Shown one piece after another: positions 49,630 through 59,281 of a DNA stretch of 64,000 bases. Both the position numbers and the translations under genes were made by a program. The notes below the pieces were generated by a model. It worked only from the letters and a program-made list of their open reading frames with translations, was not told the DNA's origin and searched no databases. The stretch comes from a virus, in the IMG/VR virus record IMGVR_UViG_3300007735_000780, positions 3,511 to 67,510 of that record; one strand, written 5' to 3'. Positions within the stretch are counted from its first letter, which is position 1; each line of letters begins with the position of its first letter.

Positions 49630-51213
49630 TTAAACTGTTTTCTTTTCAACTTTTTGATTTAATTTAAAATTTCTTACACCTTTAATAACCCTAATATCTT
49701 GTAATAATTGTTGTAAATCTTCATCTTTAAATCCAGAAGGATAAGGATGCGGATCAACTTTTATTTTAATAATAGTACCATAATTTTCATTATTAGTAGC
49801 ATATTCGTTTGGGTTTATGTCTTCAGAAGACACAATTGTAATACCTGGTAAAGAACGAATGTCAGACATTATGTCCTTTTGAGGGCGTTCTCTAGTATCT
49901 GTGTAAAGGATACCTTCAAGATTGTATTGGGTTGATTCTTCTTTTAAAATTTTAACTTTTAAAGTACCATCACCTTTAACAACTCTATGCCATTCACCAG
50001 CAGGTATTCTAATTGGTTTATTTATAGAAACAGGTAATTGGTTTTCGAGTTGGATTTTCCAATTTGTATCACCAATAATTTCTATAATGCGGTTTTCTTT
50101 ATCACGATGCCATTTTAATTCAATAGGATCGATGTTTTCGTTAAATTCACGAAGGATGTATTTATCTGTTGTTTTGAGATCTTTGTAGGGACGTTTTTCT
50201 TCTGTTAAACCCAAATCAGACAAATCTATATCATCTACATTATCTTCATCATCATTAGAAAGAGAACTCATAGTTTTTTCAGCATCTTTTTTCTGTAAGT
50301 ATACTTGCATTCTTTCTAATTTATCTTCAATCCAAGCAATTTGATCTTCACTTAAAGGTCTATCACCTACAACATTACTTATAAATGAAAAGAATTCATT
50401 TGGTTCTAATTTAAAAACCGATACATAAAATATAACGAATGTTCTTGGGTCAATATCTGGAGGAGTAAATGCTTTGTATATAACTTTTAGTTTTTCAAAT
50501 ATAATTGGGCCGTAACGAATATCTTCAGGTTCATATTCTAATCTATCAACTTTATCAACTGTGGCTTGTCTTTCTTCACCACTACCTTTTAATCCGGTTT
50601 GAGCTAAAATACTCCAATAACCTTTTAAAATTTCATGGACCAACATTGGAAAACAAATTGCTTCAGCAATAATTTTAGGACCTTCATTTTCAGTTACAAT
50701 TTGAGATTTACCACCAGCTAAATTTCGACCTGAAGCAATAGCGGCAAGCATCATGTTTATGGCTTGATCATCATTGTATATACCAAAAACTTGTTTCATT
50801 AATTCATTATACTTGTCATATAATGATGAATTAATAGAACGTATTTGTTGTATTACACTTTCTTTTTCAAATAAAGAATATAATTCTTCAACAGATGCTC
50901 CTTGAGCTAAAGCATTAGAAACTCGTCGTTGTTTCTCATATGGATTATATTCTTCAAGAGTAACATTACTAACTATTCTAGCTTCTACATCAATATTATC
51001 TGATACTAAAGTAGGATAATGATCCTTAACTATATCAATAGCTAACTGTGATAATTGAGACTTATATGGTGCTTCAATTGAAATTACAAGACTTAATAAT
51101 TCTTGAGAAGATCTCATCATTTGCATAAGACTTTTTCCTCTAATTTTTTCAGAGGATTTAGCCTTTAGCTTAGCTATGATTTCAGGATCAAATATGTCTT
51201 GATACTTAGGCAT
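49630..51213 (-). CDS. Three-domain hypothetical protein with a central cupin-like domain
   Basis: N-terminal helical domain (LVHEILKG); LKWHRDKENR...IPAGEWHRVVKG cupin motifs; C-terminal alpha/beta domain. Confidence 0.65.
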   Translation of the reverse strand: MPKYQDIFDPEIIAKLKAKSSEKIRGKSLMQMMRSSQELLSLVISIEAPYKSQLSQLAIDIVKDHYPTLVSDNIDVEARIVSNVTLEEYNPYEKQRRVSNALAQGASVEELYSLFEKESVIQQIRSINSSLYDKYNELMKQVFGIYNDDQAINMMLAAIASGRNLAGGKSQIVTENEGPKIIAEAICFPMLVHEILKGYWSILAQTGLKGSGEERQATVDKVDRLEYEPEDIRYGPIIFEKLKVIYKAFTPPDIDPRTFVIFYVSVFKLEPNEFFSFISNVVGDRPLSEDQIAWIEDKLERMQVYLQKKDAEKTMSSLSNDDEDNVDDIDLSDLGLTEEKRPYKDLKTTDKYILREFNENIDPIELKWHRDKENRIIEIIGDTNWKIQLENQLPVSINKPIRIPAGEWHRVVKGDGTLKVKILKEESTQYNLEGILYTDTRERPQKDIMSDIRSLPGITIVSSEDINPNEYATNNENYGTIIKIKVDPHPYPSGFKDEDLQQLLQDIRVIKGVRNFKLNQKVEKKTV

Positions 51214-51470
51214 TACTTTTTATTTTTAAGCATTTTAGCGTATCTATTTCTTATTTTTTCAGCTACCTTTTCAGCTGCTTTTTCTGCTTTTTCTTTTTCT
51301 CTTGTACCAGGTTCTGGGGTTGTTCCAAATTCATCATCCTCTGGAGAGGTTTTACGCTTTGGTTTGGTTTCAGTATCAGTTTCAGGTTTAGCAGGAGCAG
51401 TTTGAGGTGCTTCAGCTAATACTCTTTCAATTTCTTCCTTAATAATTTTTTTAAGTTCTGTAAGTTTCAT
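51213..51470 (-). CDS. Leader-tagged small protein
   Basis: MKLTELKKIIKEEIERVLAE plus Pro/Thr/Glu-rich tail. Confidence 0.7.
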   Translation of the reverse strand: MKLTELKKIIKEEIERVLAEAPQTAPAKPETDTETKPKRKTSPEDDEFGTTPEPGTREKEKAEKAAEKVAEKIRNRYAKMLKNKK

Positions 51471-51491
51471 ATTTTTGTTTATTTATAAATA

Positions 51492-52127
51492 TTATTTAGT
51501 TTTTCCCCATTTTTTTCCTTTACCAGGTGTTTTACACTGTGATGGTGTAGGACGACATGAAGGATATTTGGCTCGTTTTTCACCTTCTTTTCTACCACAA
51601 GGTTTACATTTGCCGTTTCTACAAGTATTGCAATCTACCCATCCACCTTCTTTACCTGGAGCACCTTTGCGTTTGAACCAGGTACGGAGTGTTTCTTTTT
51701 GTTTTTCGGTTAATTGTTCTTCTTCCTTTAAATCTTTCCAAATTTCACCCTTACGACACCTAACAATTGCTCCTGATTTGTAAGCAGAAGGTTTATCGTA
51801 TTTGCGATCAGCAATACGTTTGCAACGGTCTGCTTTCTTTTCTAAAAGAAGCTGTTTTAGTATGTCTGTAAGTTTTACTTCAGATATATTTTTTTTCTTT
51901 TTAATAAATTCTAATATTTTTATAATATCACTTAATTTTTTTAAAAAAATCTTAAATTCTTGTGGGTTATTTTTTATATATTCTGCTCCTAAATCAATAA
52001 AACCATTTATAGCATTATCAACAATTAATGTGTATTCTTTATAAAGATTAGGTTTAATTTCTTTTATATCTAGTAAAAGAGTATCTATCTTATTAGAAAG
52101 TGGTTTTATTTGATCAAAATTACTCAT
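51492..52127 (-). CDS. Cys/Lys-rich phage protein (DUF5872-like) with internal leader copy
   Basis: VKLTDILKQLLLE internal; PSAYKSGAIVRCRK; LRTWF...GGWVDC...KPCGR...YPSCRP. Confidence 0.65.
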   Translation of the reverse strand: MSNFDQIKPLSNKIDTLLLDIKEIKPNLYKEYTLIVDNAINGFIDLGAEYIKNNPQEFKIFLKKLSDIIKILEFIKKKKNISEVKLTDILKQLLLEKKADRCKRIADRKYDKPSAYKSGAIVRCRKGEIWKDLKEEEQLTEKQKETLRTWFKRKGAPGKEGGWVDCNTCRNGKCKPCGRKEGEKRAKYPSCRPTPSQCKTPGKGKKWGKTK

Positions 52128-52260
52128 TTTCTATGTTAAAATCTTTTTTTATTTTTTCTATTAAATCTGAAAGATTTTGATTGATTTTAGAAGCTTTTTG
52201 ATTTTTTTCTTCTAAAATTATTTCTTCTTTAATGATTTGTTTTAATTCTGATTTTTTCAT
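52120..52260 (-). CDS. Unannotated 46-aa leader-tagged peptide
   Basis: Hand-translated MKKSELKQIIKEEIILEEKNQKASKINQNLSDLIEKIKKDFNIENE. Confidence 0.65.
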   Translation of the reverse strand: MKKSELKQIIKEEIILEEKNQKASKINQNLSDLIEKIKKDFNIENE

Positions 52261-52289
52261 AGTAAAGTATTTTTAATATGTCTGTAAGT

Positions 52290-54884
52290 TTAGGCACGGT
52301 TTTTTAATCTATGTTTTAATTCATTCATTGATTCCGGATCTGCTTCAGCATGTAATGCTAACATTACTTTTGCATTTTCAGTTAAATCTCTTTGTCTTAA
52401 CTGAGTTGCAAGATCGTCTGGACTTGGTATTCTAAAAGAAGTATTTGGGGTAATTATGTAGTGTTGATTACCAGGTTGAAAAACAGCTGATCCTACATAG
52501 TTTCCGTTTCTTAAACGAATAATATAAAATTTAGAATTACCTGCAGAAATTGTTTCTTCAACTCTTCCTCCATATGGTCTTAAGATGTTATTCCTACGAG
52601 ATGCACCTCTGTCAACTGCATATCTTCCAAGAATTGTTCCAGATGATAATGTATTTCGTACATTTTGAGGTAGGCTATTAAATCCACCTGTTAGTCCAAA
52701 TTGTTCAATTCTAGTTGCAACTTCAGGGTTTGCAGCAGCAGCAGCTGGGGCTTGTATAGGTGCTTCACCACGTGCTGGTCTTCCTCTTCTTCTAATAGGA
52801 GCAAGAACTCGTTCTTGACCTGGTTCTTGACCGGGGGCATTAACTGTTGTTGCTTGTGTTCCAATAAACTGAGCAGCAGCTCGAGGAGGGAAATTATAAT
52901 TTATTAATCGGCCTGTATTATTAGATATTATTTTACTATTTCTAGAATTAATTCTGTTTAATAGTATATATTTGTCTTCTACAACTACAGCTATCCATCT
53001 TTCACCTAGTGGAGGATTAGCAGCAATTATATTCTTTTTATTTTGTGTTTGCCATCCAGAATTATTTAGTACTCTAATAATTTCATCATCATTATATACC
53101 CATCCTTTTCCTCTTGCATATTCAAAATATTCTCTAGTAGCTTGTGCATCATCAGCAAAATTGTAACTTCCTCTATTACGTCTCCAATCATTACTATCTA
53201 AATCAAAATATGCACTTGCACGTAAACCACCTTCTATTTTTTCGTTTTTAATTAAATACATTCCATCATCTGTAATGATTACAACATGAGGTACTCTACT
53301 AAATTCAACTATCCTATTATTAATAGGAATATTTTTTATTAAACGAATAAATGTTTCTTTATCAACTGAATCAGGAATACCTGTACTTACTAGTTGTAAA
53401 ACATTATTTTGAAAACCATCATTTTCTGATTCTTCATTAAACAATCTTTGAACTTCTTCACTGTCAAAAGGAATAGGTGTAATTTTATTGTCTACAATTT
53501 TATAAGAAGTAAAACTGTTAGAGTCAATTAAAATTTGTCCATTTTCTGTGTTTTTTAATACTATGGCTGAGTCAGGATCATTTTTAGCTTTTTCTAAAAC
53601 TCGATTTATAACTGATTTATCAATTGCTTCTTGGGATGCTAATTTAAGAATAGTTTTAAAAGGAATAGTATCAATGTCTGGATAATCGATTAAGAATTTA
53701 GAGGTACGTTTATTTAGTTTAATATTAGGGTAATCAGCATCGGCTGTATATACTCCTACTTGTAAATCATCTCCAAATGTTAATAAAACTATAGCTTCAC
53801 CATTTGCAGTGACATACATTCTTTCATTATCTTTAAGTTTCCATTTGTCTAATTTAACTAATAACTTTTTAACATCAAATGAAAATGTTTCTTTTTTTAA
53901 AAAGTCTAAATCTATTTTATCTCTCATATTAGCCATAATAGATTTTCTATCTTGGTTTGAGAATTTATCTAGATTTTTTAATAAAACTTCCTTTTCAATA
54001 ATATCAGAATTTATAGCTATGAATTCAGCTAATTGAGGGTATTCTGGAAGGTATTTGGCTACAAATTCATCATTTTCAATGTCATCAAAAAGATCCCTAT
54101 CGTTTTTTCTAGCAACCAAATACTGCTTTTTCATCTCAAACGGGAATTGAGACCATTCTCTATAAGTAGCAGCTTTATTTTTATAAGCTTGAGTTATTTT
54201 TTCAGAACTTGATAATGGAATATATTTTAAAATATTATTAAGGTTAGGCACTTCAGAAAGCCAAGGAACTTGTCTTACTAAACTGTTAAAATCCATAGGA
54301 TCTGACTCATATGGAGAATTTTTTCTATTAGTAAAAACATATCTTTTACTTTCACTAGGTACATCTCTAACCTGTATTGCTACAAAACTTAATGCATCAT
54401 CTGATGATAAATTAGTATTTTTAGCTAAATAAAATGTAGGATACCCTCTATCTGCACTGTATCTATAATTACCATATGATCCTCTGGTTATACACCATTT
54501 TTCACCTTGTCCAAAATTAATACAATTTCCCTCTTTACTACCATTGTAAATAACAATAGTATTGTTGTCATTATTATAAACAACGTCTGGGGTAATGTCT
54601 GCTTCTTCAGGTGCATCTGCACCTGCTGATTTAGAAACTAATTTTATTAATTGTGATAAAGAATACTTACGTAAATCTTTTTCAGTAATTTTAGGTGAAT
54701 TTTTTAATTGATCAAAACGATTAATGTATGACTTTAATTGATCATCTGTTATCTGAATGTTTAAATCATCGGCTTCTTCTTTGAATTTAGCCATTAAATT
54801 TCGTAATTCACCCTCAGAATACTCGTTAAGAGGAAACAAGTTATGAACAACGTGTATTATAAATTTTTTAGTATTGCTATTCAC
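52290..54884 (-). CDS. Large hypothetical protein (PcfJ-like WCI segment)
   Basis: 864 aa; NCINFGQGEKWCIT..Y..Y; RRRGRP AT-hook-like motif. Confidence 0.6.
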   Translation of the reverse strand: MNSNTKKFIIHVVHNLFPLNEYSEGELRNLMAKFKEEADDLNIQITDDQLKSYINRFDQLKNSPKITEKDLRKYSLSQLIKLVSKSAGADAPEEADITPDVVYNNDNNTIVIYNGSKEGNCINFGQGEKWCITRGSYGNYRYSADRGYPTFYLAKNTNLSSDDALSFVAIQVRDVPSESKRYVFTNRKNSPYESDPMDFNSLVRQVPWLSEVPNLNNILKYIPLSSSEKITQAYKNKAATYREWSQFPFEMKKQYLVARKNDRDLFDDIENDEFVAKYLPEYPQLAEFIAINSDIIEKEVLLKNLDKFSNQDRKSIMANMRDKIDLDFLKKETFSFDVKKLLVKLDKWKLKDNERMYVTANGEAIVLLTFGDDLQVGVYTADADYPNIKLNKRTSKFLIDYPDIDTIPFKTILKLASQEAIDKSVINRVLEKAKNDPDSAIVLKNTENGQILIDSNSFTSYKIVDNKITPIPFDSEEVQRLFNEESENDGFQNNVLQLVSTGIPDSVDKETFIRLIKNIPINNRIVEFSRVPHVVIITDDGMYLIKNEKIEGGLRASAYFDLDSNDWRRNRGSYNFADDAQATREYFEYARGKGWVYNDDEIIRVLNNSGWQTQNKKNIIAANPPLGERWIAVVVEDKYILLNRINSRNSKIISNNTGRLINYNFPPRAAAQFIGTQATTVNAPGQEPGQERVLAPIRRRGRPARGEAPIQAPAAAAANPEVATRIEQFGLTGGFNSLPQNVRNTLSSGTILGRYAVDRGASRRNNILRPYGGRVEETISAGNSKFYIIRLRNGNYVGSAVFQPGNQHYIITPNTSFRIPSPDDLATQLRQRDLTENAKVMLALHAEADPESMNELKHRLKNRA

Positions 54885-54923
54885 CTTATAAAATTTTTAA
54901 TGTCTTTTATAAATATGTAACAT

Positions 54924-55172
54924 TCATTCTTCATTTTTAGGATGAAACCAATTAGAACACCATTTAGATGGGTCTTTAATTTGGTTTCCTTCATCATCTA
55001 CTAATTCATTAGTACCCTTATATTTTTGGTATTCTTTATTATTACAATAATGTTTATCATCTTCCATGTAATAATATTCACAAACGTGACAACCAAATCC
55101 TACAGGTGAGTACATGTAAGGAGGATATTTTTCCTCCTTTCCTTCTTTTAATATGTCTATTAGTTTAATCAT
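54924..55172 (-). CDS. Leader-tagged small Cys4 protein (HiPIP-like or Zn-binding)
   Basis: MIKLIDILKE plus CHVCEYY...HYC...KWCSNWF. Confidence 0.6.
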   Translation of the reverse strand: MIKLIDILKEGKEEKYPPYMYSPVGFGCHVCEYYYMEDDKHYCNNKEYQKYKGTNELVDDEGNQIKDPSKWCSNWFHPKNEE

Positions 55173-55173
55173 A

Positions 55174-55803
55174 TCACCAAAATCCTGAAAATGTTGTTTT
55201 AAAGCCTAATAATTTTGCATAACGAGGTAATCTGCAACTCCAATATGAAGCTTTAGTTCTATCTTTCTTTTGAGCACATTTGTGACGAGCAGCAAATGCT
55301 TTACGTGCTTTAGGGTTATTCAGTTTAGCAGACATACCTGCTTGACCAAATGATACTTTTTTAATTCCTCCACCTGGTTTTCTTACGTATACATAAAACT
55401 TTTTAGAACCACCACGTTTTGGTTTACCAATTGGGGGTTGTTTCTTTTCTTCCTCTAATTCAGCTTCAGTTAATAATTCCATCATTGGATAATCAAGTGG
55501 AACAACTTCACCTTCATACATTCCAAAACGTCCAATATCTGTGGTTTCAAATAGCTTTTTATCAATATCTTGTAATTCAATTACACCTTTTTTCCACAAT
55601 AAACGTGTTTCATGAATCAATTCAATATGTGCCTTAGAACCAGGTCTAAAAACATTATCATGAATTTGAATTTTATTGTCTAAATGATATCTAAGGTTTT
55701 CTGAAATGGGCATTTCATATTGCTTAGACTCGTTTAGTGTAGGAGCAGCTGTAGGCTGTTCGGTTAGTGTTTTTTTAATTATTTCTATAAGGCGTTGTTT
55801 CAT
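55174..55803 (-). CDS. Leader-tagged protein with basic C-terminal domain (DUF6321-like)
   Basis: RLIEIIKKTLTE; KKFYVYV...KKVSFG...ARKAFAARHKC...ASYWSC. Confidence 0.65.
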   Translation of the reverse strand: MKQRLIEIIKKTLTEQPTAAPTLNESKQYEMPISENLRYHLDNKIQIHDNVFRPGSKAHIELIHETRLLWKKGVIELQDIDKKLFETTDIGRFGMYEGEVVPLDYPMMELLTEAELEEEKKQPPIGKPKRGGSKKFYVYVRKPGGGIKKVSFGQAGMSAKLNNPKARKAFAARHKCAQKKDRTKASYWSCRLPRYAKLLGFKTTFSGFW

Positions 55804-56993
55804 GCTGTTTTCATTTTTAAATCTAATGGTAATATATTACCTTGAGTGTTTCTTATTTCAATTAAATAATTAACTTGTCCAAGTATTGGACTTTCCGCTG
55901 TTAACTTTAATGTTAATGATTTAGTTTCAGCATTAGGATACTTAATTGAAATATCCTTTATATTTCCTACTAAATTATAAGCATCTTTAGCAGTGTTTAT
56001 ATTATAAATGAATATATCATTTTTCTTTTCTCTTACATACCAATAACCATATCCATATCCTGAGGCTATTAGGTTACGTAAAGCATCAGTATCTCCAGAA
56101 ACTGATATAAATGAATTAGGTATTTTACCTGAACCAACTATGTATTCATTAACACCTTGAGCTACTTTTTTAGGATCAATTTGAAATGCTTTAAAAATAG
56201 CCGCCATCATAGGTTTAGAATTAAATTTAGAAGGTTCATATACTGCTTTACCTTCTTTTTCAACTATAAAAGGTATTATCCCTCCATTGTAAAATGTCCC
56301 ACCTGATATATTTTTTAATGAAATATAATAATCTGGTTTGATTATTATGTCTGCTATTTTAAATCCAATGTCTTGAGGTCCTTCAAAACTTAAAGAACGT
56401 TTAGTATCTTTATTACCTGCAAAAGATATATCCTCAGGGGATAACTGTGATGGATTAATTTTTAAAGTAGTAAAAAGTTTTTTAACATCTTGATCTTCAA
56501 TATCATTAATATTAGAACCGGTATTTGCTTTTAATCTACTTACAAAATCTTGTTCATATTTTTCTCCAACATTTGCCCCTCCAGATAATATAATCTTAAC
56601 AGGACCTTCAAATGTATCAAATAAATACATATTAAACTTAGAACTTGGGTTTTCTCCTTCTTTAGGTTTAAGTACAGTTACTTGTGGATTATCAAATGTG
56701 TCTTTAATAATTTTTAAAAATTGATCTGAAGAAATCTTATTTAAATTTCCAAGTCTAAACCATTCTGATTGGGTTTTAAATTTATATTGTTTACCTAATT
56801 TTGAATTAATAATAGTCTGAATGGCGTTTATTGTGTTTTGTTTTAAAGTACCTTCATTTAATTTTATATCTTCACCTAACACCTCGCTTACTAATGATTC
56901 GAGTAAAAAAACATCCTGTTCATTATTCATGTCAGGATATCCTTTAGGGAACTTATAAGAAATACTATTTAAAAATTGTTCAAATACATTCAT
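55800..56993 (-). CDS. Putative PD-(D/E)XK-like nuclease with N-terminal leader (start revised to 56993)
   Basis: SYKFPKGYPDM...LNE leader; GEKYE...IADIII...ISLK restriction-fold-like motif. Confidence 0.5.
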   Translation of the reverse strand: MNVFEQFLNSISYKFPKGYPDMNNEQDVFLLESLVSEVLGEDIKLNEGTLKQNTINAIQTIINSKLGKQYKFKTQSEWFRLGNLNKISSDQFLKIIKDTFDNPQVTVLKPKEGENPSSKFNMYLFDTFEGPVKIILSGGANVGEKYEQDFVSRLKANTGSNINDIEDQDVKKLFTTLKINPSQLSPEDISFAGNKDTKRSLSFEGPQDIGFKIADIIIKPDYYISLKNISGGTFYNGGIIPFIVEKEGKAVYEPSKFNSKPMMAAIFKAFQIDPKKVAQGVNEYIVGSGKIPNSFISVSGDTDALRNLIASGYGYGYWYVREKKNDIFIYNINTAKDAYNLVGNIKDISIKYPNAETKSLTLKLTAESPILGQVNYLIEIRNTQGNILPLDLKMKTA

Positions 56994-56994
56994 A

Positions 56995-57519
56995 TTATGT
57001 AGGTAATTCTTCTGGTACTTCCTCTGTTGGAGGTGTTTCTTCAGTTGGAGGTGCTTCTGGTACTGTTTCGTCTGCAGGTATTTCTCCACCTGTTGGTACT
57101 TCAGCTGTTTCTTCTTCTTTAGCCTTACTACCATACATTAGTATTCTAGCTATAGATTCTGCTGCTCTTTCTTCCTCGTCTATATTCAGCATATAATATT
57201 TTTTACCTTCAACTTGAGCAATCCATGAACGTTCAGTGTAAATCAAATAGAAATACTGTCCATTTGCTAAAAGAATTTTAAAAGTAGTAGGACGAGGAGC
57301 AACCCAATGAATATCAGAAATAAAATCTTCGTATTGTTTTGTTAAAAGATTTATTATAACTTGTTTTAAAGTAGGGAATTTAGATAAAATAGGAAATGTT
57401 TCTTTATCAAAGTTTACATCACTAGGTTCAACACCTAACGTGTTATCTTTAATTTTAGCAGAATAAACACGTTTTGCTATTGTTTGAATTTTATCTATAA
57501 GTTCCTGTTTGCTTGCCAT
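56995..57519 (-). CDS. Hypothetical protein
   Basis: 174 aa, WVAPRPTTFKILLANGQ, acidic Pro-rich tail. Confidence 0.65.
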   Translation of the reverse strand: MASKQELIDKIQTIAKRVYSAKIKDNTLGVEPSDVNFDKETFPILSKFPTLKQVIINLLTKQYEDFISDIHWVAPRPTTFKILLANGQYFYLIYTERSWIAQVEGKKYYMLNIDEEERAAESIARILMYGSKAKEEETAEVPTGGEIPADETVPEAPPTEETPPTEEVPEELPT

Positions 57520-57520
57520 T

Positions 57521-58216
57521 TTATTTGTCTAAAGTATATAAGGCTTCTTTTTCATCAAGAGGACCTTGTTTTGTGTTCTGGTATGCTAAATATTGGGTAA
57601 CTGAGTTTAAGTAATCAGCTGCTTTAGTAATTTTGCTTTGTACCCATGCTTCTAATTGTGTATCGTCGTCAAGTGAAGACATTAACATTTGAGCGTTTTG
57701 CATTAAACAATACAATTCTGATTTGGCCATTTCACCTTCATAATCCATTTCCATTTCTTGGTCTCCATCACAGCCACAATCTTCTTTAAGTTTTACCCCA
57801 CGTCCTTTTAACACATCAGCGTAGGTTACTTTACCATCACCTGTTAAATCCGGGAATTTTTTATCTTTTTTCTCGCTTAAAGCATTTTTAATAATTTCTT
57901 TTAGTCTGTCTGTGTTTTTCATTTTGACTTGTTTTTTAGCTATATTCATTGCTCTACCACGTAATACGTCTTCAGCATCTGCTCCGTATTTCTTTACAGC
58001 TTTTCTACCAGAAGAGGCTTTCATAGCCTGGTAAATGTCTTCTGCTCTGTCTAGAATAGCTTGAGTAATTTTACTTGTTTCTTCTTTAATATTACCCTTT
58101 TCAGCAGCATATAAAGCCCTCATGTAAGATTTAGCTTTTCCTACAGAGGATGAACAGCCTTTTTTTTCGCCTGTTTCTTTATTATATATGCATTTTCCTT
58201 TTCTTTCGTAGGGCAT
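57521..58216 (-). CDS. Multi-segment putative internal head protein
   Basis: Segments separated by IKE/LSE/LKE; DRLKEIIKNALSE; EF-hand-like DLTGDGKVTYAD; EGEMAK...LEAWVQSKITKAADYL. Confidence 0.65.
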   Translation of the reverse strand: MPYERKGKCIYNKETGEKKGCSSSVGKAKSYMRALYAAEKGNIKEETSKITQAILDRAEDIYQAMKASSGRKAVKKYGADAEDVLRGRAMNIAKKQVKMKNTDRLKEIIKNALSEKKDKKFPDLTGDGKVTYADVLKGRGVKLKEDCGCDGDQEMEMDYEGEMAKSELYCLMQNAQMLMSSLDDDTQLEAWVQSKITKAADYLNSVTQYLAYQNTKQGPLDEKEALYTLDK

Positions 58217-58237
58217 ATTACTGTTTTTTAATAAGAA

Positions 58238-58257
58238 TAAGGGGTTTTACCCCCCTA
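58238..58257 (-). terminator. Terminator-like hairpin after Hc1-like gene
   Basis: AGGGG-GGTAAAA-CCCCT then TATTCTTATT on the minus strand. Confidence 0.55.
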
Positions 58258-58279
58258 TAACTTATTGCGGTTTTGTTGA

Positions 58280-58453
58280 TTACTTTGCTTTGTCTTCAGC
58301 AACCGATGCTTTACGGTACTCAGTTACCAACTTTTTCAAATCACCAGCTGCCTTGCGAGCTCTACCATGAGCTGCTTTGGAAGTTTTGGCGTGTTCAGTT
58401 GTAAACTCTTCCCATAAACCTTGCATTTGTTCAAATAACTCTTGACTGTTCAT
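58280..58453 (-). CDS. Unannotated 57-aa histone H1-like Hc1-family protein
   Basis: Hand-translated MNSQELFEQMQGLWEEFTTEHAKTSKAAHGRARKAAGDLKKLVTEYRKASVAEDKAK; KAA..RARKA...L.KL..E.RK.S is the Hc1 core. Confidence 0.75.
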   Translation of the reverse strand: MNSQELFEQMQGLWEEFTTEHAKTSKAAHGRARKAAGDLKKLVTEYRKASVAEDKAK

Positions 58454-58478
58454 AGATTTTATTTATTTAGGGTTAATA

Positions 58479-58835
58479 TTAAGCTTGTCCTCCATCAACC
58501 GGAATTTGGGTTTTTAGGAAGAATAAAGCTGTGTTTCCAATTTGTCTTATTAGTTTATTTTTATTTTCACTTTCAGGCATTTCACGAGCTGCATCTAATG
58601 CTTGTTGTAAGTGTTGTCCAATACGTTTTTCAACTGATTCTCCACCTTCCATATCCATACTTGGTTCTGCGGGGGGCATATCAGCAGGCGCATCAGCAGG
58701 TGTTTCTTCAGAAGCACTAAGGTCTAATTCAACGTCGTCAACAGGAGGTTCTTCATCTTTTTTAAGTTTTTTTTCAAAAAGTGATAACTCTTCTTTAACT
58801 AATTGATTTATTAAGATGCGTAATTTGTTTTCCAT
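58479..58835 (-). CDS. Leader-tagged hypothetical protein
   Basis: NKLRILINQLVKEEL. Confidence 0.65.
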   Translation of the reverse strand: MENKLRILINQLVKEELSLFEKKLKKDEEPPVDDVELDLSASEETPADAPADMPPAEPSMDMEGGESVEKRIGQHLQQALDAAREMPESENKNKLIRQIGNTALFFLKTQIPVDGGQA

Positions 58836-58857
58836 TATTAATAATTTATGATAAATA

Positions 58858-59280
58858 TTAACGGTTTTTAAGTCTACGTAGAACTTCTTTGGTTAAATTT
58901 TCTTTACCTTGTTCTTCAGGTGTTTTAAAAGTATTTTTAACATTCGGATCAGGTTCACCAAACATAGATTTCATTTTTTTATTGAATGCTGTTTGTAAAG
59001 AACCCTTTTTAATTTCTCCGGTTTTAGGGTCCTTATAATAACCTTCTTCTTTTTCATTTACATTAGCATATTCAGAACGTTGAGACCATAAATCAAGAAT
59101 TTGTTCAATTTTACTTTGTTCAACACCGGCTTGTCCTAGAATTTTTTCTAATTCATCATAGTCTTGATAGTTTAATTGCCCTTTAGACACTGCATCCATT
59201 GTATCTGGGCCAACAGTTTTAGCTGCTTTTTCAAAGTCTTGTGGTCCTAGTTCTTTTACTAATTTATATTTGTATGCCAT
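58858..59280 (-). CDS. Hypothetical protein
   Basis: MAYKYKLVKE start; ends LTKEVLRRLKNR. Confidence 0.6.
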   Translation of the reverse strand: MAYKYKLVKELGPQDFEKAAKTVGPDTMDAVSKGQLNYQDYDELEKILGQAGVEQSKIEQILDLWSQRSEYANVNEKEEGYYKDPKTGEIKKGSLQTAFNKKMKSMFGEPDPNVKNTFKTPEEQGKENLTKEVLRRLKNR

Positions 59281-59281
59281 G

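Noticed and set aside
52120-52260. Homopolymer frameshift fusing the 46-aa tagged ORF to 51492-52127
   Set aside because: The downstream frame has a TAG two codons before its ATG, so slippage at the upstream A-runs would not fuse them.
56994-57134. Track-extended N-termini of 55800-57134 (also 44883 and 48147 starts)
   Set aside because: The extensions overlap neighbouring genes or a promoter and look non-coding; internal ATGs at 56993, 44817 and 48090 fit better.
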